From IMG/VR virus record IMGVR_UViG_3300022661_000051: a stretch of 64,000 nt of DNA; one strand, 5' to 3'. The position numbers and the translations under genes were made by a program. The stretch is from a virus (taxonomy: Duplodnaviria > Caudoviricetes). The notes below the pieces were generated by a model. It had not been told where the DNA came from. It made no database searches and saw only the letters and a program-made list of their open reading frames with translations. The stretch's first letter is position 1; every line of letters begins with the position of its first letter. Below, in pieces: positions 57,319 to 64,000 of the stretch.

Positions 57319-58405
57319 TTTTATTTCCTCCGTTACGTGAATTTATTAAAGATACCATATCGTTTATAACTATACTTAATGGTATTCTTTGAAAATCGTG
57401 ATTATCTATTGTCCACATAGGAACACGTATAACATTAATCTTATAGTTAATCTTATAATCTGTTTCTAAAATATAGAGAAGATTATAATACAAATTCTTA
57501 TACATATTAGAATAGGACTCTTCGGAGTCTTGTATTATCTTATAATCAATCATCTCATTCTTAGAAGAGTTTTTGATTATTTCTTCCATATAAGGATTGT
57601 TAGAATCGAGCATGACGATATTTAAATTTATAGAATCTTTGTACCCAATCATTTGCTTCAGCGATGGGTATTCCTCAAGTTGTACTGTGAATATACTGAA
57701 AGCTGACTTTACTTCATATATATTAGAATAGAATTCGCTGAACGTTGTGTTTAAATCTTTCTTAAATAAGAACAAGAATTTCTCACAAGCTTCAGACAAT
57801 GCGCCTGATTCAACATCGCAATCAATGACCCCTGTTATAATATCATGCAGATAATTATAATACTTACTATAGAAATTGAATTTTGAGTAGTTATATATAA
57901 ATGTGCTTATATATGATCTATCCAATAAATATGCAGGCAATACCGATTGATCATTTTTATAATCAGATATTATATTACAGAGATGTTTATCTTGATCCGT
58001 AAGGTTGACTCTTACCATAGCATCATAGATTTCTATTAGATGCTGAATATTGTTTGCTATCGTAGGTAGAATAGTATACATAATAGCCTGTGGTCTACTT
58101 TTCACAAGCTTATCTACAACTTCACCGTCTACATTAGTAACTGCTTCCTTAAGATGCTGTAAGAGAATTGGTATTGTACATTCTTCTATCTCTCTAGCCA
58201 TCTTTACAAGGCTATTCATTTCTGCAGTTACATCATTTGTAGGAAATTTAATTATATCTACACTATGTATATTATCTGGATTAGAAGCGATCTTATTAAT
58301 TAGAGTTGTTTTGCCAGCACCATTTAACCCTTCAAAGATATATATTCCTTTAGGCAATGGCGTTATAGGTTCTTTATCTTCTTTATTATAATGTCCTGTG
58401 TACAT
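57308..58405 (-). CDS. tmk: thymidylate kinase-like P-loop nucleotide kinase with large insertions
   Basis: IFEGLNGAGKTT, IKFP, LLDRSYIST; overlaps the thyX start. Confidence 0.7.
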   Translation of the reverse strand: MYTGHYNKEDKEPITPLPKGIYIFEGLNGAGKTTLINKIASNPDNIHSVDIIKFPTNDVTAEMNSLVKMAREIEECTIPILLQHLKEAVTNVDGEVVDKLVKSRPQAIMYTILPTIANNIQHLIEIYDAMVRVNLTDQDKHLCNIISDYKNDQSVLPAYLLDRSYISTFIYNYSKFNFYSKYYNYLHDIITGVIDCDVESGALSEACEKFLFLFKKDLNTTFSEFYSNIYEVKSAFSIFTVQLEEYPSLKQMIGYKDSINLNIVMLDSNNPYMEEIIKNSSKNEMIDYKIIQDSEESYSNMYKNLYYNLLYILETDYKINYKINVIRVPMWTIDNHDFQRIPLSIVINDMVSLINSRNGGNKNET

Positions 58406-58430
58406 GGTGTTAAACCTCCTGTATATTTTA

Positions 58431-58442
58431 TATTATAAAGTT
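58431..58442 (-). promoter_or_regulatory. late/middle-type promoter (AACT variant) for tmk-thyX
   Basis: AACT-TTATAA-TA. Confidence 0.5.
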
Positions 58443-58546
58443 TTACTATGGGTGAAATTTGCTCGCGCTTTGGGGTGTTTGTATTCTGTAATCTATACTA
58501 TAAATCTTATATTTGTAAAATATTAGTATTTTTTTAATATTGAATA

Positions 58547-58558
58547 AACATCTATGTA
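58547..58558 (+). promoter_or_regulatory. late-type promoter firing into the purine-rich repeat
   Basis: AACA-TCTATG-TA. Confidence 0.55.
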
Positions 58559-58706
58559 ATAGAGGAGCAGGGGAAACAGGGAAGGTATTAATAGGAACAG
58601 AGGAAAGAGGGAGCATAATAATAGGAGCAGAGGAGCAAGGGAAGATAATAATAGAGAAAAACTGGAAACAGGGAAATAGGAGCAAGGATATGGGGAGCAT
58701 TATAAT
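58557..58706 (+). repeat. degenerate purine-rich tandem repeat with ~30-bp period and 14 GGA motifs
   Basis: e.g. ataggaacagaggaaagagggagcataata / ataggagcagaggagcaagggaagataata. Confidence 0.85.
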
Positions 58707-58735
58707 AAAATTCCAATTCCAAGACAATTTCCCAT

Positions 58736-58747
58736 AACATTATAGTA
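58736..58747 (+). promoter_or_regulatory. late-type promoter with no downstream ORF
   Basis: AACA-TTATAG-TA. Confidence 0.5.
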
Positions 58748-58823
58748 AGAATAAATTTTTTCATTGTTCATAAAATTCTCTCTGGATTTTATGATTGTCT
58801 CCTTTCAGTTTTGATATATAAAG

Positions 58824-58850
58824 ATAGTCTAGGGATTGTCCCTAGACTAT
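58824..58850. terminator. hairpin / palindrome 1
   Basis: ATAGTCTAGGGA-ttg-TCCCTAGACTAT. Confidence 0.6.
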
Positions 58851-58904
58851 TCTTCTGCCAAATTATTCTATATACTTATTATTCTAATATAATAATCGAT
58901 AAAG

Positions 58905-58935
58905 AACGAGACTAGGGAATTTCCCTAGTCTCGTT
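58905..58935 (-). terminator. hairpin / palindrome 2, probable terminator of the RNAP beta gene
   Basis: AACGAGACTAGGGAA-t-TTCCCTAGTCTCGTT. Confidence 0.7.
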
Positions 58936-58939
58936 TCTA

Positions 58940-61900
58940 TTATTCCTCAACTTCCAAATCAGGATGATGAATATTATAGTCCTGTTTAATTCCCATTATA
59001 TCTTTAACTTGTCTATCTAATTCAACTAAGAACTTATAAGCTAAAGTATACTGTAATGGAGCAGTAATCATACGTTTATCAAATGATACCATTGAAACAA
59101 GACAATCGATAACTTCGTTATCTCTGTAAGATGATCTCGGTTCATTACCAGGATCGAATACTTCTTTAGCAACACCCTTTTGAGCTCCAAGAATAATAAG
59201 TTTATCTCCAATAGAGAAGTCATCTTTATACGAAACATATATTTCAATAAGAACACCTTCATCTACATTCTTCAACTTACCAGTACTGTCAAGACGATAG
59301 TCTGATACATATTCTTTAGCCTTTTCTGGATCGTACTTTTCAATAGTCTTTCTGATTCTGTTCTGAGAATTCTCATAATCCTTAACAATCTTCTGAAGAG
59401 AAGGAGAGAGTTCATCGATCTCTACTGTACGATATATCTTAATATCTTCAATAACACCAGTATTATGAGACTTGATCGGAATTCTACCAAGAGATGTTAC
59501 AGTTTCTTCATCATCTACGAGATTCTTCAGAAGAACGTTTACATCATCATCTTCAAAAGCATTCTGCATTACCATAAGAGGTTCACCCTCTTCAATCTTC
59601 TGTCCAACCTTTACCAGATTATATACGTTAGTATTCTTAGAAAGGTTAACATCAACCTTAGTAACTACATTAGACGACAGAGCATTACTCATATATCTAC
59701 TTACAGCACAAGAATCTTCGAATCCCTCATCTGTAGTAAGAATAGCGATTTTAGCAATAGTTCCCTGATTATAAGTAGCATTATCATCATAACCAATACC
59801 TGTAGTATATGACATAGGATCATAAGCAATCAAGTCTCCAGTTTTTACTGTAGAACCAAGCTTATCTGCAGGTTTAAGTTTAATAGATGTGTAGAAACCA
59901 CCGTCAGAGTTTTTATATACCTTATTATTTAGATCGACATATTCAATTGATCCATCCTTATACTTAACTACGATATGATCAGAAGTCTTCTCTACGACTT
60001 TACCATCCATTTTAGCGTTTATAGAGAAATAATCTGGAGTGAAGTTTGATAAAGCGTCGTCCATACCGTTAGTAATAAGAAGAGGATCACCTCCAGCTAC
60101 TCTCATATCATGCTTAGTACGCTGAGTGAATGACATAGCTTCACGGAACGGGTCATCATGAGTTGTCGAAAGTGGAGTAAGAGCTTCTGCAATACATGTA
60201 GTATTAACGTCATTCATAATATCCTTATTATCTGCAGTATCTTTGATATAACCACGCTTACCAGATATATTCATATTAACTGTTGTCTGACGAGTTTCAC
60301 CAACCGTTGAAGCGAAACCAGTTGACATAGCTAATATACCATTCATCGACTTGTCATAAGTTCTCTTATCCAAACTATATGAACGTTCAGAGTTCATACC
60401 AGATAATCCTTTAAATGAAACCGTATTGGCAGCTTCAGCATAACAAAGATCATTTATAGTAGACGCATCAGATGTAGTATTATCTGTAAGAACCTTATCT
60501 ACAATTGCTGACTGTTTGATAGTCATAACAGCCTTACCAGTTTTCTTCATCTTTGTATGATAATCAGCATAAGACTCTGATAAAGCTTTATATGTATAAC
60601 CAGCAATTAGCTCATTTGTTCTGAATCTGTTTCCGGTAATATCAACGTGCTTATTGAACTTAGAATCTGTAAGAAGATTAGAAGCATAGAATAATGCTGA
60701 ACAGAAATCGCTAGGAAGATTATAAGCTTCACATGTTCTTATAGTGATAGGGTCAAACATCAGGTTATAGAAGTTATCAAGACCATCAGCCTTTATTCTT
60801 CCGCCGAATATATCAAGCATTTCTGTCCACATAGATTTTGTATCTATATCTTTGATAGAATAATCTTCTGTATTACATTCTTTAAGACCATTCATAAGAA
60901 GAGATGACGAATAATCTATTTCATAATATAAGAATGCATCTTTGAACTTGATACAGTCGTATGATTCACGAGGTCTTTTTTCTCTCTTATCACGGATTTC
61001 ATATTTAATTCCTGCTTTATTGAGAGACTTGGTAAGACCTTCGCAATATGCTGCGACTACAATAACTGGAATGGTTGTATTCATGATACTAGCCTTTGAA
61101 TAAGAACATCTTGAGCTAGGCTTAACCTCATTATATATAGCTTCAAATTCAGGATCTTTGATAAGAACACCACGAAGTTTATCTGAGAAGAAACGATCAT
61201 TCTTATCCATATAGATAACATACTTTTCCGAAGAATTATAACCAACAGGAATACCTTTAGAGTAATTGATTTCTTTTTCGTATTTAGAACGGATCTCATC
61301 CTGGTCAAAATAGAATGTCGTGTCTCCGTAAGAAATCGTAGAATATTGTGAGCCGAAGTCGATATAGTCTAAAGGAAGATCGTATTTAAGAGCTCCGAAA
61401 GCATTACTACCGATCTTAATCTTAATCTTATTTCCTGTATATTTACCAAGAGCTTTTGACAACAGATCTGATACTATATTAGACTTACCAAATGTAGTAC
61501 CAAATATTCTGAAGAATATCTTGTTGTAGTTTGTTGTGATCTGGCAGACATCCTTTTCTGTTTTAATAATTGGGAGATTCATGAGCTGTCCGTTGATAGT
61601 TTTATCGTTACCTCTCAATCTCATAAATCTATTATTCTTAAACTTAGGAATATCGAATTTAAGAGTAAATCTTGTACCCTTAATATCCTCCATCTGAACA
61701 GTCCAAGTTTCAATAAGATCTTCGGATGTTGAAGTATCTTCGACCTTAACATCTCTTACAGACACAGGAATTGTTCTTGTTCCAAAGAATGCGAGTATCG
61801 CCATGATATCTTCATCGACATTATATGACTTATTAAAGTTAATGTATTGTAAGTTATCCCACTGATCTGCATTGATCGAGTTGATATTAATTTTAGTAGT

Positions 61901-64000
61901 AGGAAGAGGATCCTTATCTCCAATACTCTCGGAATTAGAAATAAGTTCTTTAACAGTCTTACCTTTAACTGTCTTTTCTCTGAATCTATCATTAAGCTGA
62001 TTGATACGAGATGTTCTTGTAGCAGATGCTTTGATTTCGCTATTTTCTTCATCAGATATATCCTGAATAATATTAGCGATGTATTCTTTTTGATCAAGAC
62101 TATCTATAGCAGACTCTACAGAATCTGAAGAATCAGCAACGTCTTTAATAGCAGCTACAACTTCTGCTTTCTTAGCATCAATATCCTGTTTGTTTTCACT
62201 CTTAGAATTATCTCCCTTAACAGGAGCCATATCTTTACTGAGTTCGTTTCTACTCTTACCTGTTAGATTATAGAGCTGAACTTTCTGTGTAGTTTCGATT
62301 CTATCAATAATATCTGTAACGATAGCGTCAGGAGTATCCTTTATTAAATCGTCAGACTCAATAGGAGAATTGTTGATTATACGGTTAATGTTCTCCATAA
62401 ATCTAGAAAGGAACTTCTTTTCGAACTTATCAAGCTCAAGTTTGAAATAACCATTAGTTCCGAAGAAAATAAACGTAAATTGTTTAATCGCTCCTATTGA
62501 AGCTAAATTGTCCTTCCTCAGCTTACGTACTAAGACCGATATAGGATTGACTGATTTCGTATAATCGAATATATCACGATTTTCCTTGTACCAATCCATA
62601 ACAGGTACGAATATTGTGTTAGAGCGGTATCCTGCCTTCTTAAAACGGTCTTGGTTCGTAACACGATTTAAAAAGTCGAGATACAAATCGATACCTCTAT
62701 CTCTTGTGTAAGCATTATTATTGAAGAAAGCTTTATTATAGTATGAAGTATCGAAGAAGAGATTCATTCCCTTATACTGAGAAATATTAAGCTTAGTATT
62801 CTTAATAACTGGACAACTTTCTTTAATAATTTGATATATATCGAGCACATCCTTCTGATTCTTCAATCTTTCAGGAAACAGCATTTTTTTGAGGATAGCA
62901 TCATGTTTAGCATCCTCTTCAAATATATCATCAAAGACTATAGCGTTAGTTGCAGTTCTTAAATATGAATTACAAAGCATAATCTCGTCCATCATACAAT
63001 ATTCATTCATAGGTGCGGATACGATATCTACATCTTCGATCGGAATTGTTAAAGTATCTTTATTCTTTGAAACAAGTCCAGAGAATGATAATTTTTTGAG
63101 TTGCTGTTTAAGAATAATCTCAAGTTTAACGGCAACTTTAGACATTATAACTTCATTAGTTCCAATACACTTAACGTCTAAGAATTTGACTTTATTATTA
63201 TACAGAAGATATCTTCTTGTATTGAGAATCATTGCAGTTATAACATCATCTTCATTTTGAAGATCTCCCATAGATTTACAGTATACATAGCACTGAAGAT
63301 TCTTGTCTCGAAGATTCTTTTCACAATATGAAAAACCAGAGAGTTCTTTATCGACATACGCCATATTCATATACTTTATATTACTCAATGAAGGATAGAA
63401 ATAGTCGTTCTCTTCTGCATAATAGAATTCACTACAACGTTTCATTTTTTCATTAATATCATTCTTATTATTAAAAGCAACCACCTCTACGTCACGATAG
63501 GTAGTGTATTCTTTTATAGCTTTATAATACTTAGAGAATCTGTTCTTCTCTCCAACTTCAAGATCGGTAATCTCAAAATCATCGAGTTTCTTAATAATAT
63601 TTTTAGCAAGAGTTTCTTCATCTTCCGGATCAACATGGTTAAACATTCGGATGGCAGCTCTTACATGTTCTTCATCATTTAATGGGAACTTTCTCTTAGA
63701 CGGAACTCCAAAGTTCTTATCAGGAATTCCTTTTCTTTTATTGGCAGATAACTTACCCTCAGTAAGACACATATTAATAGAGTCCACTATAGGATCATAG
63801 TCGTACTCCACGCCAACAACATTATTTTCTGTTGTTATAATAGTATTAATAGACTTTTCAATATAATATGACTTAAACCAGTGTCTGTTAATAACAGAAG
63901 TTGAGTTGATCATATTAATAGAAGATTCAATATTTGGTGTTAAAAGGGTAACTACGCTACCCTTATTCTTATCTTCCGACGTAGTTGGAATGATAAGCTT
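58940..64000 (-). CDS. phage multisubunit RNA polymerase beta-like subunit (probably virion RNAP) with long N-terminal extension; 5' end lies beyond the window
   Basis: HDDPFREAMSFTQ, GFEDSCAVS, IGDKLIILGAQKGV and KRM motifs; the frame stays open from 63913 to 64000 and no RBS precedes ATG 63913. Confidence 0.9.
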   Translation of the reverse strand, partial: KLIIPTTSEDKNKGSVVTLLTPNIESSINMINSTSVINRHWFKSYYIEKSINTIITTENNVVGVEYDYDPIVDSINMCLTEGKLSANKRKGIPDKNFGVPSKRKFPLNDEEHVRAAIRMFNHVDPEDEETLAKNIIKKLDDFEITDLEVGEKNRFSKYYKAIKEYTTYRDVEVVAFNNKNDINEKMKRCSEFYYAEENDYFYPSLSNIKYMNMAYVDKELSGFSYCEKNLRDKNLQCYVYCKSMGDLQNEDDVITAMILNTRRYLLYNNKVKFLDVKCIGTNEVIMSKVAVKLEIILKQQLKKLSFSGLVSKNKDTLTIPIEDVDIVSAPMNEYCMMDEIMLCNSYLRTATNAIVFDDIFEEDAKHDAILKKMLFPERLKNQKDVLDIYQIIKESCPVIKNTKLNISQYKGMNLFFDTSYYNKAFFNNNAYTRDRGIDLYLDFLNRVTNQDRFKKAGYRSNTIFVPVMDWYKENRDIFDYTKSVNPISVLVRKLRKDNLASIGAIKQFTFIFFGTNGYFKLELDKFEKKFLSRFMENINRIINNSPIESDDLIKDTPDAIVTDIIDRIETTQKVQLYNLTGKSRNELSKDMAPVKGDNSKSENKQDIDAKKAEVVAAIKDVADSSDSVESAIDSLDQKEYIANIIQDISDEENSEIKASATRTSRINQLNDRFREKTVKGKTVKELISNSESIGDKDPLPTTKININSINADQWDNLQYINFNKSYNVDEDIMAILAFFGTRTIPVSVRDVKVEDTSTSEDLIETWTVQMEDIKGTRFTLKFDIPKFKNNRFMRLRGNDKTINGQLMNLPIIKTEKDVCQITTNYNKIFFRIFGTTFGKSNIVSDLLSKALGKYTGNKIKIKIGSNAFGALKYDLPLDYIDFGSQYSTISYGDTTFYFDQDEIRSKYEKEINYSKGIPVGYNSSEKYVIYMDKNDRFFSDKLRGVLIKDPEFEAIYNEVKPSSRCSYSKASIMNTTIPVIVVAAYCEGLTKSLNKAGIKYEIRDKREKRPRESYDCIKFKDAFLYYEIDYSSSLLMNGLKECNTEDYSIKDIDTKSMWTEMLDIFGGRIKADGLDNFYNLMFDPITIRTCEAYNLPSDFCSALFYASNLLTDSKFNKHVDITGNRFRTNELIAGYTYKALSESYADYHTKMKKTGKAVMTIKQSAIVDKVLTDNTTSDASTINDLCYAEAANTVSFKGLSGMNSERSYSLDKRTYDKSMNGILAMSTGFASTVGETRQTTVNMNISGKRGYIKDTADNKDIMNDVNTTCIAEALTPLSTTHDDPFREAMSFTQRTKHDMRVAGGDPLLITNGMDDALSNFTPDYFSINAKMDGKVVEKTSDHIVVKYKDGSIEYVDLNNKVYKNSDGGFYTSIKLKPADKLGSTVKTGDLIAYDPMSYTTGIGYDDNATYNQGTIAKIAILTTDEGFEDSCAVSRYMSNALSSNVVTKVDVNLSKNTNVYNLVKVGQKIEEGEPLMVMQNAFEDDDVNVLLKNLVDDEETVTSLGRIPIKSHNTGVIEDIKIYRTVEIDELSPSLQKIVKDYENSQNRIRKTIEKYDPEKAKEYVSDYRLDSTGKLKNVDEGVLIEIYVSYKDDFSIGDKLIILGAQKGVAKEVFDPGNEPRSSYRDNEVIDCLVSMVSFDKRMITAPLQYTLAYKFLVELDRQVKDIMGIKQDYNIHHPDLEVEE

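Noticed and set aside
58557-58706. CRISPR array or mini-array
   Set aside because: Units are degenerate and contiguous with no unique spacers; no cas genes in the window
58446-58737. ORFs 58540-58737 (+) and 58446-58727 (-) across the purine-rich repeat
   Set aside because: TTG starts without an RBS; the open frames follow from low complexity and the 30-nt period. Coding is not fully excluded
63911-63913. ATG 63913 as the start of the RNAP beta gene
   Set aside because: No RBS, and the frame continues open to the window edge
1-64000. Stop-codon reassignment as in some gut jumbo phages
   Set aside because: Coding density is high under the standard code, and both TAG (31968, 47783) and TGA (6337, 48549, 52430) end genes next to RBSs or terminators
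1-64000. Chimallin/PhuZ nucleus system, major capsid, terminase or tRNA genes
   Set aside because: No recognisable motifs in this window; they may lie elsewhere or be too divergent to see by eye

Overview
This 64-kb AT-rich window looks like part of a jumbo myovirus of the phiKZ/AR9 type. The host is probably a Gram-positive (Bacillota) bacterium, inferred from strong AGGAGG RBSs and tail peptidoglycan hydrolases. It encodes two phage multisubunit RNA polymerase subunits: a beta' C-terminal half next to an SF2 helicase, and a very large beta subunit that runs off the right edge. It also encodes a split family-B DNA polymerase subunit interrupted inside motif B by a 485-nt group I intron (7435-7919), a 4.5-kaa tape-measure-like protein with three C-terminal hydrolase domains, baseplate/tube genes, a tandem array of paralogous internal head proteins, a RusA-like resolvase and a dCTP deaminase/ThyX/thymidylate-kinase set. 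Two promoter classes can be read directly from the sequence: an early-type TATATNAT-N4-GTG motif (9 copies) and an AR9-like late motif AAC(A/T)-N6-T(A/G) (17 copies). Three late-type promoters point into gene-free DNA. One precedes a candidate ~350-nt structured ncRNA (55855-56199, minus strand). The other two lie in a purine-rich locus with 14 GGA motifs and twin palindromes (58547-58935), a possible RNA sponge or R-loop origin. A putative virion polyprotein carries permuted papain-like and GNAT domains between apparent prohead-protease sites. All calls come from motif reading by eye; no database searches were run.
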